From a virus (lineage: Duplodnaviria > Caudoviricetes), in IMG/VR virus record IMGVR_UViG_3300042013_000103: 64,000 bases of DNA. One strand, 5' to 3'. Shown in pieces: positions 18,562 to 27,880 of this stretch. The notes below the pieces were generated by a model. The model worked only from the letters and a program-made list of their open reading frames with translations. It was not told where the DNA came from and did no database searches. The translations under genes and the position numbers were made by a program. The first letter of the stretch is position 1. Each line of letters begins with the position of its first letter.

Positions 18562-18804
18562 CTATCCTGCACGAAAGGTGGAGCTGATGATACCCGGTTC
18601 CACTCCCGGGTCGGCCACGCCTATGCGTTTGGTGTGCCATTTCTTCCGACCGAAACCACGGAGGCTTTGGTATGCTTCACTTTGGTCTTGAACGTGTCTG
18701 GGGCGGTACGCTTTGGCCAACTCTTCGGTAGACGCAACCACCACCAACGAGATGAACTCATCGAAATCCGTCAACCCCACCCGTTGCCTCAGCCAAATGT
18801 ACAT
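18562..18804 (-). CDS. Hypothetical protein, 80 aa
   Basis: AAGGA RBS right after DNA polymerase stop. Confidence 0.55.
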   Translation of the reverse strand: MYIWLRQRVGLTDFDEFISLVVVASTEELAKAYRPRHVQDQSEAYQSLRGFGRKKWHTKRIGVADPGVEPGIISSTFRAG

Positions 18805-18814
18805 GTTCGTTCCT

Positions 18815-20941
18815 TTAATAATAGTCAGAGATCAATCGGGAGTTGTTCTTGTCCGACAGGAATACCCCCAAGGACTCGAGCAACAAGTAGAACACCCGCA
18901 TGGTGTTGGAGATCACAGTACGGACGTCTGCGACACGGGTCAGTACCTCTGGCACCCCGTAGTTCTCCACGACGCTGGCGGGCACGTGCATGGCGTTCAC
19001 AGCGGTCTTGCCGGTACGCATCTGCCACGCTTTGAAACGCATCTTCATGACCGGGTCTTCAATCGACTCAATCCACGCTTCCATCTCGGTGCGGTTACTG
19101 GCCACCAATGAAATCTTCACGAACTGGTACGGCGGTGGCGGCAGGTCGCCAAAGTTCGGTTGGAACACTTCCTTCCAGAACTCGTGCTTCTTGTACGTGT
19201 CGTTTTCTTCGGACTTGTACGCCGCAATCGGTTTCACCTGACCGGTGGTCAAGTATTCGGCCGAACCCGAACGGATCGAGTTGATGATGCCGCGTTCCAA
19301 ATCCCCCACTTCTTTCAACAATGCCGGCAGGTCGATCAGTTCTTCTTTCTTGATGGTTTCAATGATGCGCACCATCATGTTCTTGCCCGCATCGATGATC
19401 TTCGGTGGGCACTTACTGTCCCGCAGGCCCACACCCTTCACTTCCATCTGCGGGGTTTCGAAGTACACCCCTTCCTGTGCATCCCGCGACGCATAGTAGT
19501 GTTTCGACGCAGTGGTCATCGACAGCACGGCGAAGTAGTACTCGTTCTTCATCGCCAACAGACGCAACTTCTCTTTCGAGACGCCCATGTTCGCCGATTG
19601 GATGGCCAAGATGTGCGCTACTGCTTGCGAGACCAAAAACACCAACCCAAACACTAAACGTTTGGCGTCCGGAATGAAGGTCACCCGACCGAAGAACTCT
19701 TCCACCCAGTACTGCATCGTAAACATCGTCGAGTCGGTGTCTGAGATGACCGCAGCGCGACGATAGGACGTGGGGAATGCATGGATACTGCTCGGCACGT
19801 TCTTCGACATGAAGAGCACTTCCAGCATCGGCTTGTACTGGTTCAATACCTGGATCGAATTGTGCGCGGTGGCGTAGATCAGGTCAAAGATCTCCGGGGA
19901 GTCACGGGTCAAGGTTTCTGGGTTCCGGCCCCGCACTTGGTCGAAGCACAGGAAGTTCGCCAGCATCTTGGTGTCACCGTCATACGCTTCGAACTGCGCT
20001 TTGGTGATGTTCTGGTCTGGAGTCCCCAAGCGGGTCAGGTCTTCCAGGAACTTGCGCACCGCCACCTTGTTGAGCTGGTACAGGTGGTACAAGTCACCGA
20101 CGTACATGATCGCTGCACGTTCAATCGGCTCCATCGCCGACACCAACATATGCAGTTGGGTCGTGAAGTGTTGGTTCTGCCAGTAATGCGCCGTCGAGTA
20201 CAACATCATCCCGATGACGTCATCAGCAGTGGGGTACACAAACCCATAGTCCCGCACCACCGCATCCAGCTTCTTCAGGTCCGTGTTGCGAATGATCGAG
20301 ATGAAGTTGGCTTTGGTGATTTCAGGGCTGTAGTAGTGGCGATTGCCCGCAATGAACTTCTCGTTGTTGGCGTTCGCATACGACGTCGCCGTACGGCAGG
20401 TGGAGGTCAAACTGGAGTGCGTCGACTTGCAGTACAGGATCGTTGCCGAGGACACCGTTGCACCGGAGTACGAGTTATTGTTTTGCTTGAGGTTTTCTTG
20501 TTCACCTTTAAAGACCAGGGCTTTCTCAAACAGTTTGTCCCGCAACGCGAACTTCTGCAGGTCCTTAACCTTGGCCCGACCTTCCACGCCTTCTTGAATG
20601 TATTCCGAGTGGGTGGATTTGCGCACGTCTTCCGGCAGGTACGCGGTCATCGACGGAGCCAACAGCAGTTTCTGTTTCTTCACCCGGTTGAGGAACCCGA
20701 GGAACGTGACGTGTTTGAGCGTGCGGTCGCCGTACTCGTTCTTGTCGAGGATGATCGTCTTGGGGTTTTGGAACGCGTTGACGCCGTCCGGACGGACTTG
20801 GGTCTTCACGAATTCCAAACACACGTCAAATGGATCCCCTGTCATCAAGGACAGATACTTTGCGTTATCACCTAGGTACGCGTCGATGATCTCCAGATCT
20901 CGCTCGTAGTATTCGGCGTCTTTCAGAAAGGGGTTGAACAT
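18815..20941 (-). CDS. phiKZ-type divergent family-B DNA polymerase, catalytic subunit (gp50-like), 708 aa
   Basis: Motif C ISDTDS, motif B-like KQNNNSYSG; synteny. Confidence 0.85.
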   Translation of the reverse strand: MFNPFLKDAEYYERDLEIIDAYLGDNAKYLSLMTGDPFDVCLEFVKTQVRPDGVNAFQNPKTIILDKNEYGDRTLKHVTFLGFLNRVKKQKLLLAPSMTAYLPEDVRKSTHSEYIQEGVEGRAKVKDLQKFALRDKLFEKALVFKGEQENLKQNNNSYSGATVSSATILYCKSTHSSLTSTCRTATSYANANNEKFIAGNRHYYSPEITKANFISIIRNTDLKKLDAVVRDYGFVYPTADDVIGMMLYSTAHYWQNQHFTTQLHMLVSAMEPIERAAIMYVGDLYHLYQLNKVAVRKFLEDLTRLGTPDQNITKAQFEAYDGDTKMLANFLCFDQVRGRNPETLTRDSPEIFDLIYATAHNSIQVLNQYKPMLEVLFMSKNVPSSIHAFPTSYRRAAVISDTDSTMFTMQYWVEEFFGRVTFIPDAKRLVFGLVFLVSQAVAHILAIQSANMGVSKEKLRLLAMKNEYYFAVLSMTTASKHYYASRDAQEGVYFETPQMEVKGVGLRDSKCPPKIIDAGKNMMVRIIETIKKEELIDLPALLKEVGDLERGIINSIRSGSAEYLTTGQVKPIAAYKSEENDTYKKHEFWKEVFQPNFGDLPPPPYQFVKISLVASNRTEMEAWIESIEDPVMKMRFKAWQMRTGKTAVNAMHVPASVVENYGVPEVLTRVADVRTVISNTMRVFYLLLESLGVFLSDKNNSRLISDYY

Positions 20942-21075
20942 GGCGTGGTCCTATTCGAAGGTGTTCCGTAAACCGTCCCCTTACACCAAAACAGGAAATA
21001 GACGGATGCCATTAAGCATCCAGGTTCCCAAGGGGCAAAGCGATTTACAACTCACATGGTTGCCCACACCAGTAC

Positions 21076-21351
21076 TTATTCGACTTTCAGCCCAACACCG
21101 GTTTCATCCGTGGACAGCGTGACCACCATCTGCAATTTATGCGCCACACCCAACAAGCGTTCAATGGTGATTGACTCCAGCTTTCCATTCAAGATCAGGC
21201 TGCATTCGGAAATGGTCAGCCCCAAGACAAACGCCGCTTCCGTTTGAGTGCGCCACTCTTTCCGGATTCGTTTGGTCAGGTGTTTGGCCAACAGGTCTTT
21301 AAAGTCCGTAACGCAGGTCGGGGTGGGTCTTTTGGTGTATGTGCGACGCAT
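21076..21351 (-). CDS. XRE/HigA-like helix-turn-helix protein, 91 aa
   Basis: TQTEAAFVLGLTISECSLILNGKLESITIERL is a typical HTH_37/XRE signature. Confidence 0.8.
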   Translation of the reverse strand: MRRTYTKRPTPTCVTDFKDLLAKHLTKRIRKEWRTQTEAAFVLGLTISECSLILNGKLESITIERLLGVAHKLQMVVTLSTDETGVGLKVE

Positions 21352-21403
21352 GGTAACCTCGGGATGGCATAGAGCCCTCCTTAACAGGAGAGCCGTATGG
21401 GGT

Positions 21404-21811
21404 TTACTCGAATGTGACGGAGTCGGGGGTTTCGTTGTTGGCTTTGATGGCCAACAGGATCCGGTCCAACCGACGCTGGTCGATGTTCTGGAAAATCAGG
21501 GTGGCCGTGGAACCTTCCGAGATGACGATGGTGCCCGCTCGGATCCAAGGACTACCAATCACCGCGTATTCGCCTGAATCGAACTTAATGCGAATCCAGC
21601 TGTACTGCGTGGGGTCATTGGGAACCCCGGCCGGCAACGATGGGTACACGTTGGCATGCGCTGGGTAAATCGCTTCCCCCAAGGTCTGGGCCAACTGCGC
21701 GTCGAACTCACCGCAGTAGGTTACGTTCTTGAAGACGTTCCCCAGCTGAGCACTGGGGTAAACCTCGAAGGAAATCTTTTGGTTAACCTGTAGGTCAGAG
21801 ATTGTGGTCAT
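21404..21811 (-). CDS. Conserved phiKZ gp49-like (SH3-barrel type) protein, 135 aa
   Basis: ISFEVYPSAQLG N-terminus, GxPWI motif, position upstream of DNA polymerase. Confidence 0.6.
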   Translation of the reverse strand: MTTISDLQVNQKISFEVYPSAQLGNVFKNVTYCGEFDAQLAQTLGEAIYPAHANVYPSLPAGVPNDPTQYSWIRIKFDSGEYAVIGSPWIRAGTIVISEGSTATLIFQNIDQRRLDRILLAIKANNETPDSVTFE

Positions 21812-22202
21812 GCTTTCTGCTCCGGATGATTTTAGCTTGAGTCATATCTTTAGGCTCAATAATAAAACCAAACGTTCCCGTCAGGTCGATGGGGATGATT
21901 GAGATGACCTCGATGCCTGGATAACGCTTGACGTAATCCGCGTAAACCTTGTAGGTGTCGACCACGTCTTGGTCATCGTCTTCCAAAAACCCGTCGTCGA
22001 TCCGAGGGGATTCAATGATGGTGTTGACGAACTCGTCCATCACCGTGGTTTGAAAGGCATGCAGCAATTTCCGACGCATCTTGAAGGTTTCTTCTTCGAC
22101 TCGGTCGGCTTCGTTAAAACGGGAGGCAATGATCTCGCTCAGCCAGCGGGCGGCGAAGAGCGTACCGGGTTGGGATTGTTCTACGTGAAGTGTGTACGCC
22201 AT
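21795..22202 (-). CDS. Hypothetical protein, 135 aa (phiKZ gp48/Imp5 position)
   Basis: Start re-set to MAYTLH with GGGA RBS; orthology by synteny only. Confidence 0.5.
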   Translation of the reverse strand: MAYTLHVEQSQPGTLFAARWLSEIIASRFNEADRVEEETFKMRRKLLHAFQTTVMDEFVNTIIESPRIDDGFLEDDDQDVVDTYKVYADYVKRYPGIEVISIIPIDLTGTFGFIIEPKDMTQAKIIRSRKHDHNL

Positions 22203-22212
22203 GTCATTTTCC

Positions 22213-22617
22213 CTAGTGAACGAATGCGACCCCCAGCTGCGTATAAGGGAGGTCAATGTACACTCGTTCCGGTTTGTTGTTGAGTGAAGGGTGTCTAAGG
22301 AACTCGAAGACGCTGTCCAGGTACGGGATCGCTTGCGCCATGGCGCTGTCAACCTCAAGGGCCGATAACAACTCCACGCCAGGCACCGCATAAATCAGGT
22401 CCCACAGGAAACCGAAGGCTGAGTAATCACGGTCCGGCCACTGCCATTGTTCCCGACGGTGGTACCGGTGTTCGTGCACTGCGTATCCAATTAAGGCATG
22501 TGAAAGGCGTATACGAAATAGCTCATGTCCGGGTATGCATATATGGCCAAACATACCCACGCTGGACATTACCAAGGTTCGTGTCCACGGTTTGCGTTGG
22601 GCAATGGGGAGCATCAT
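22213..22617 (-). CDS. Hypothetical protein, 134 aa (phiKZ gp47/Imp2 region)
   Basis: Coupled ORF; orthology by synteny only. Confidence 0.5.
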   Translation of the reverse strand: MMLPIAQRKPWTRTLVMSSVGMFGHICIPGHELFRIRLSHALIGYAVHEHRYHRREQWQWPDRDYSAFGFLWDLIYAVPGVELLSALEVDSAMAQAIPYLDSVFEFLRHPSLNNKPERVYIDLPYTQLGVAFVH

Positions 22618-23435
22618 AGGTAGTCCGTTCCGCTAGAAGAGACCTCGTCGTCACTGCGCACGTTGTGCCGGTCCAACCAATCGTGGATCACATCAACGTT
22701 ACTCGGATGAATCCAGTACTTGCCGTACATCTGGGTGCCCGGCTGAGGCGTTAGGTGAATGCGTTGTGCCAGATCCCCCACCCATTCCTGGAGGGCCTGC
22801 GGGGCATCAATGCTCACGAAGTCAATGCGTTCGTACCACTTGTACGTTCGGATGTACTCGTCCGATTCCGGCACGTACTGGCCTTGGTGCAGTATCATGG
22901 CTTCCGGCACGCAGCTGTCCCCGGTGATGATGAACATCTGGGTTTGGTTGGGTTTGATGTCCACCGATTGAAACCGGGTGATCTCGTTGCCTTGCACCAG
23001 GACTTGGTGGAACGACGGCGCCAAGATCTTCGCCAGGTGCACCACCACTTCCGTGAACCACTTACTCAGTTGCAGCAGCGCCTCACGGTCTTGCAGGTCA
23101 TCACCGTTGTACATTTTCATCGCCGTGGGGAAGGTTTCCCCTAAGTACATTTCGAAGTCCAGGACCATCCCCGGTTGAGGCACCACCGTGGGGTTGGATT
23201 GCAACCAGTGGTTCACACAACCGTGGACCAGCATGATCACCGAGACGTCATCGTCCAGATGGTGGTCAGATTCCGGGTTGCGGTAAGACCAGTTCTGAAT
23301 GGAGAGGGCGATCTTGTAAATCAGTTTTTGGATTTCTTGGGTGTTTGCCGTGATGGCCACGTTGGTCGGCAAAGGGGCTTCGTACATAGTGGTCGTCCAA
23401 AAAGAATCAAGGATTGGGTCGGATGTATCGAGCAT
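22614..23435 (-). CDS. Hypothetical protein, 273 aa
   Basis: GGAG RBS; coupled ORF. Confidence 0.6.
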   Translation of the reverse strand: MLDTSDPILDSFWTTTMYEAPLPTNVAITANTQEIQKLIYKIALSIQNWSYRNPESDHHLDDDVSVIMLVHGCVNHWLQSNPTVVPQPGMVLDFEMYLGETFPTAMKMYNGDDLQDREALLQLSKWFTEVVVHLAKILAPSFHQVLVQGNEITRFQSVDIKPNQTQMFIITGDSCVPEAMILHQGQYVPESDEYIRTYKWYERIDFVSIDAPQALQEWVGDLAQRIHLTPQPGTQMYGKYWIHPSNVDVIHDWLDRHNVRSDDEVSSSGTDYL

Positions 23436-23445
23436 GAGGCGCTCC

Positions 23446-23835
23446 TTAAGCAGTCACTAGAATGATAACCCGCTTATGGTCCACCCCTAGGCACCGCAAA
23501 TCAACCGCCACGCCCATGGGGTCTTGGGTTTTCAACATACCCAAGATTAACTTGCGGTACTCGTGGTCAATGCGCTTGATCAGCGACCGGTACTCGGGAT
23601 AGAGGTCTTTGTTGGTCACATAGACTCCGCTATCCACGTAAATGTTCACCAGTTCACTGTACCCGGCCTGGGTGTTGTTCTCCAGAATCTGTTCGTACGT
23701 CAGGCACCCGGTGCAGTACCAGTATTCGTAGATGCTATTCAGGACTTGTTGCACGCAATGCTCGACCCGCCAATGCCCCAGTTCTTTGATCTCGTGTGTA
23801 GAAAGCCTCTGCTCTAAGACGATTAACAATTTCAT
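23446..23835 (-). CDS. Hypothetical protein, 129 aa
   Basis: Start re-set to MKLLIV with GGGA RBS. Confidence 0.55.
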   Translation of the reverse strand: MKLLIVLEQRLSTHEIKELGHWRVEHCVQQVLNSIYEYWYCTGCLTYEQILENNTQAGYSELVNIYVDSGVYVTNKDLYPEYRSLIKRIDHEYRKLILGMLKTQDPMGVAVDLRCLGVDHKRVIILVTA

Positions 23836-24250
23836 ATTGTTCCCACTTGTCCGCGGTGTAAACCACGATAAAAATTGCCTTGTTTCGTTTGAACTGCACG
23901 GGGAACACGGCGTTGACTCCTTTGGGTAAGGCTTTCCACAACACCAAGGCCGTGTCAATAAAGAGCTTCTCATAGCGAGCAGCCCGTTTCCCTTTGCGCC
24001 TTTCAAAACCGTCGGGCATCCGCAACCAGTTCCCGGGAATCACAAACTCCCAGTCGTAGGTCATGTCTTCCCGTTCCACGGTAGCAATCCCGCGCATCAC
24101 CCAGTCGATGATGTCGTTAAACACCCCGCACGGTCCCACACCGACGTAGGCATGGCCGGTGATGATCTTGGAATGCAGTTTCTCCAGTTCTTCGTAGTGG
24201 GGGAAGTAGGTGGGGATGTCCAGCGTGTACACCAACTCTTTACGTTCCAT
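23735..24250 (-). CDS. Hypothetical protein, 171 aa
   Basis: Start MERKEL with GAGG RBS; 3' end overlaps next gene by about 100 nt. Confidence 0.55.
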   Translation of the reverse strand: MERKELVYTLDIPTYFPHYEELEKLHSKIITGHAYVGVGPCGVFNDIIDWVMRGIATVEREDMTYDWEFVIPGNWLRMPDGFERRKGKRAARYEKLFIDTALVLWKALPKGVNAVFPVQFKRNKAIFIVVYTADKWEQYEIVNRLRAEAFYTRDQRTGALAGRALRATSPE

Positions 24251-24300
24251 TAGATACACCTCTTGACAGCATATCGCCCCAGCCGAAGCCGGGGCGAAAG

Positions 24301-24564
24301 TTACGTGTTGACCACGGGGAGCGTTAACCCGCTGAGCGAGTTGCGGCAAGAATGGTGCATTTGTTCTTGCAGCAGGGCTTGCTTGGCTTTGGTCACCAAC
24401 ACGTATTGTTCAGTGGTTCCGCGGTGGCTGTAGGCATTGACCACGTAACCTTTTGTTTCCAGGGCCGACAGGGCGATGGCTTTGAGTGGGTCATTGACGG
24501 TGAACTCAACCACGTGGAACCCTGTCCCCTGATATATCTTAATACCTTGACGAAAATCAATCAT
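24301..24564 (-). CDS. Hypothetical protein, 87 aa
   Basis: ATGA overlap; followed by hairpin gccccagccgaagccggggc. Confidence 0.5.
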   Translation of the reverse strand: MIDFRQGIKIYQGTGFHVVEFTVNDPLKAIALSALETKGYVVNAYSHRGTTEQYVLVTKAKQALLQEQMHHSCRNSLSGLTLPVVNT

Positions 24565-25484
24565 TGACGGTTCTCCATAATCCAACGCTCCGCGATGTCC
24601 ACTTCACCCGGCAACAACCGATCACCGCGCTCGTAGGACTCCACCAGTTCCAGGATTTCGCGCTCACTGGCACTGCGGTTCACTTCCCGGATGGTCAGCA
24701 AGCCATTGATCAAGTCGGCTTCGTAACTTTTGTTCCGTTTGATGTACGTCGAGAAGTACGTCAACCCGAACGCGTGCAGTACCTTGGAAACGACGTTAGA
24801 CTTGAAGGTGTCGTAATGGAAGATCCCCATTCTCGCCAACAGTTTGCTGTCCACCATAGGAGTGTGCTTGCTGAAGCGCAGCTGAGGATACAGTTCCACG
24901 AACACTTCCGCCACCAGTGCGGTAATAAACCCGGCGGTGAATTCCATGCCGTAGTGGGTTTCGAACTTCTCATGGATGTACTCGATCGGGTTGGAACAAT
25001 TCAACGAGATGTACGGACGTTCGTTCTCGTCCACGTACTCGTTCGCTTGCTCCCACTCGGACACGCGGTAGTCCTTGCCTTCCGCCATGGCCAAGATCCC
25101 CGCCATGGAAATGATCTTCCACTCGGTCCAGGTCTTTTCTTCGATGTGCCGGTAGATCTGCCCTGACAGTTCATGCACGATGCCGTCAATCGACGGTTCA
25201 CGGTCCACAATCTCGGCGATGTCGATTTGGTGCGGTTGGACTTGTTCCTGTTCGCAGTTAAACAGGATCGCGGCTTTGGCCAAGGTCCAGTCATACCCGT
25301 TGGTGGGGATCAACGATCGGGCCGCCAATAACTCTTCGGCCAACACTTTTACGTACCGCATCCCCATGGCTTTCGTTGGGAACGCAAAGGATGCATTTGG
25401 GTTGTTTTCTTTTAGGAAGATAAAGTAATCCAGCGCCACGGACACGTGTTGGCGCGCTTCCAGTACAATAAACCGCTTATGCAT
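24561..25484 (-). CDS. Hypothetical protein, 307 aa
   Basis: Long ORF with RBS. Confidence 0.65.
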   Translation of the reverse strand: MHKRFIVLEARQHVSVALDYFIFLKENNPNASFAFPTKAMGMRYVKVLAEELLAARSLIPTNGYDWTLAKAAILFNCEQEQVQPHQIDIAEIVDREPSIDGIVHELSGQIYRHIEEKTWTEWKIISMAGILAMAEGKDYRVSEWEQANEYVDENERPYISLNCSNPIEYIHEKFETHYGMEFTAGFITALVAEVFVELYPQLRFSKHTPMVDSKLLARMGIFHYDTFKSNVVSKVLHAFGLTYFSTYIKRNKSYEADLINGLLTIREVNRSASEREILELVESYERGDRLLPGEVDIAERWIMENRQ

Positions 25485-25503
25485 TTCTTTGTCCTCTAGG
25501 TAA

Positions 25504-25851
25504 CTATTTACGGCTGTACGTCAACCACATCCTTCGGTCTTGCCGAAATAGGTGTACGAAAGAGCCTGCGCTTTCGTTGGGTAAGGCCAGGATCTGGTAT
25601 AGCCAACTGCGTGCTTGTGTGTTTAGTTCAAACCATCTCAACTCGGGCAACGTGTTCTGCTGAACGTTGTAACCTGCAACGTAGACCATCTGAAAGCTAT
25701 TAATGGTGTAGGACAAGAAATTGTCAATTAATAGTTGACGCTTTAGGTGGCGTTCGGTCAGGGTTCCGGGGATGTACAAGGGGTGCTCGGTGAGCGCGTC
25801 CAGGACGATCCCGATCTCGTAGCCGATGATGGTCGAAGGGGGTTTGGTCAT
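25504..25851 (-). CDS. Hypothetical protein, 115 aa
   Basis: GGAG RBS; first gene after early promoter. Confidence 0.55.
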   Translation of the reverse strand: MTKPPSTIIGYEIGIVLDALTEHPLYIPGTLTERHLKRQLLIDNFLSYTINSFQMVYVAGYNVQQNTLPELRWFELNTQARSWLYQILALPNESAGSFVHLFRQDRRMWLTYSRK

Positions 25852-25887
25852 TGGTGAGACTCCAACCATTATTTATTTCTCCAGACC

Positions 25888-25910
25888 GTAATATAGTCTT
25901 GAGATTTTAT
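25888..25910 (-). promoter_or_regulatory. Early promoter
   Basis: CTATATTAC at 25888-25896 with ATAAAATCTCAAGA upstream. Confidence 0.7.
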
Positions 25911-26026
25911 GTAATGGGTGCTGAGATTTTATATGACGATCCCTGAGCCCTGCTGTATACAATACGCTACCCAAGTATTATCTTACGAGCGATCGTTCAA
26001 CCAGTGGCCTCACAGGAGCCTTTAAG

Positions 26027-26827
26027 ATGAATCCTATCACGAAAGCGTTGTCGGATTTGAAGTTTAAGATCCCACCCGAGATTTTAAAGACCGCTTTCAT
26101 CACAGCGGAACAACAGCTATGCGGTTTGAACATTTCGCTGGAAACGTTGATCCGAGAAGCCGTGATCGAAGAACGCGTGATGGTCGACATGAACCTGATC
26201 GGCGGCGCGAAAACGTACATCCCGTTGGATTTCCCCGTTAAGTCGGAGTACATCGATCCGTTCTGCGTGGTCTACTACATCCCGGACGAGTACACCCAGC
26301 AGCGCGACATCGTACAGGTGTTCTCGATCCACTTCGGGATCTTGGGCTACCAGAACACCGGGTACGCCATGAACTACTCGGAATCGGTGATGGGGGCGGA
26401 AACCCGCAAAGTGCTGGATGCGGCCAAACGCTTGCCGGTGGCCCAGACCTCGTACATCAACATCATCAACCACAACACCATCATGGTCCGCTACATTTAC
26501 CTGCCGACGCATGCCGCTTACCTGAGCTGTCGCTTGGGCAATGACCAAGAACTGAACACAATCCGGGCCCAAGCCATTCCCGCGTTCTCCAAACTCGTGG
26601 AGATGGCGGTCAAGTCCTACATCTACAACAACATGTACGTGAGCATGGGTGAATCGGTGTTGCAAGGCGGTCAAGCGCTGGGTGAGTTCCGTGACAAAGT
26701 CATGGAGTACGCCGATGCGGAAGAACTCTACGAAGAGGCGCTGAAGCGCTGGCGGAAGATCTCCCGTTGCTTCAACGACCCCGAAGGCAACCGTCACCAC
26801 ATCCGCACGATCATGGCGGCCCCGTAA
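26027..26827 (+). CDS. Conserved phiKZ-like virion protein (gp42 position), 266 aa
   Basis: [21 protein letters not shown]-terminus; strand and position match phiKZ-like genomes. Confidence 0.6.
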   Translation: MNPITKALSDLKFKIPPEILKTAFITAEQQLCGLNISLETLIREAVIEERVMVDMNLIGGAKTYIPLDFPVKSEYIDPFCVVYYIPDEYTQQRDIVQVFSIHFGILGYQNTGYAMNYSESVMGAETRKVLDAAKRLPVAQTSYINIINHNTIMVRYIYLPTHAAYLSCRLGNDQELNTIRAQAIPAFSKLVEMAVKSYIYNNMYVSMGESVLQGGQALGEFRDKVMEYADAEELYEEALKRWRKISRCFNDPEGNRHHIRTIMAAP

Positions 26828-26895
26828 TGCATTAAAAAGAAAGGAGTTCTCGCCATGCGCGTTAAAGAACTGGTTTGAAACCAAAAAAATAAATG

Positions 26896-26932
26896 ACATA
26901 GGTCCTCTCCGGTTCGGAGAGGACTTTATGCC
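26896..26932. terminator. Bidirectional hairpin terminator
   Basis: acataggtcctctccggttcggagaggactttatgcc between convergent genes. Confidence 0.7.
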
Positions 26933-26943
26933 GTGTTGAGCGG

Positions 26944-27177
26944 TTATTGCACAGTGGCCAGCACACTGCTGACGATTTGTAAAGATCCATCATGGTGCAA
27001 GTGCACTCCACGGGGGCGGGGGTGAATCGTCGCGATTTGATTGTTCGCGAGGATGTCCCAAATGATCACGCAATGTTTCTTGACGATGATCTGGTGGTCA
27101 AAGGCCGAGTACAAACGTTTGGCTCGGGTCATTAAACGCTTAGCGTTGCTCACGATGTCAGTTTCATAGGTTTCCAT
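26944..27177 (-). CDS. Small paralog-array protein, 77 aa
   Basis: GGAG RBS; helix plus beta-strand pattern shared with neighbours. Confidence 0.6.
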   Translation of the reverse strand: METYETDIVSNAKRLMTRAKRLYSAFDHQIIVKKHCVIIWDILANNQIATIHPRPRGVHLHHDGSLQIVSSVLATVQ

Positions 27178-27279
27178 TATAGTTGCTCCTGTGACTTTGA
27201 GTTACACTTACTCCGTACCGGGGTTTTAGTGGGAAAGACGACATAAACCCCCTCCACACTGGAAGGGGCTATGTTGGGG

Positions 27280-27522
27280 TCAGTTGCGAATCATGCTGGC
27301 AAACAGGTCCACCACAATCCAATTCCGTTCGTGGAACGCAATGCGGTTTTCCTTCGGGAAGATTGACAGGATGTAGGTGTGGGGGCTGAAGATGCTCACT
27401 TCTTGGTTTTGTACCGTGCACCGGTATCCCCCCGGGTAGCGAATCTCTTGGGGTGGTGGATCCATGGCCAGAATGGTGGTGCCCCATCTGATCAGTTTAG
27501 CGGTGTGTTTTTCAGCCTTCAT
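27280..27522 (-). CDS. Small paralog-array protein, 80 aa
   Basis: Start re-set to MKAEK (ATGA overlap); SIFPKENR motif. Confidence 0.65.
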   Translation of the reverse strand: MKAEKHTAKLIRWGTTILAMDPPPQEIRYPGGYRCTVQNQEVSIFSPHTYILSIFPKENRIAFHERNWIVVDLFASMIRN

Positions 27523-27764
27523 GGAGCGGTTCCGATCAGTACGATGAATTGGTCCACGGCCAGGCAATTGGCCACGTGCTGTTCCACCCGGTTTTCCTTC
27601 GGGTAGATGGTGAACAGCACCACGGTATCCGACAGCACGTGCACCACGGTCATTTCCACCCGGCACTCGTACCCGTTGTAGTGGGTGCGTTTGGGCAGGG
27701 GGCTTTCGTGCAACAAGGCCGAAGCCCATAACAACAACAAGTCTTTCTTGTAATCTCGGGTCAT
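27519..27764 (-). CDS. Small paralog-array protein, 81 aa
   Basis: GAGGAG RBS; TIYPKENR motif. Confidence 0.65.
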   Translation of the reverse strand: MTRDYKKDLLLLWASALLHESPLPKRTHYNGYECRVEMTVVHVLSDTVVLFTIYPKENRVEQHVANCLAVDQFIVLIGTAP

Positions 27765-27786
27765 GTAACGCTCCTCTTAACTACAT

Positions 27787-27811
27787 GGTTTATCCCCGTT
27801 GTAATATAGTC
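27787..27811 (-). promoter_or_regulatory. Early promoter
   Basis: CTATATTAC at 27801-27809; 24/25 identical to 43506-43530. Confidence 0.7.
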
Positions 27812-27840
27812 GCAGAAAGCCTTCCAATGCAAAAAAATAA

Positions 27841-27878
27841 GGCATAAAGCCCTCCCCGAAGGGAGAGGCTTTTATGCC
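27841..27878. terminator. Conserved hairpin terminator
   Basis: ggcataaagccctcccc-gaa-gggagaggcttttatgcc. Confidence 0.75.
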
Positions 27879-27880
27879 AG

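Noticed and set aside
27787-27798. GGTTTATCCCCG matches 12 nt of the type I-E CRISPR repeat (5' handle side), suggesting an RNA anti-CRISPR
   Set aside because: The repeat hairpin half is absent, the second copy (43506) has a mismatch, and the motif is explained as part of a duplicated promoter; no array is present
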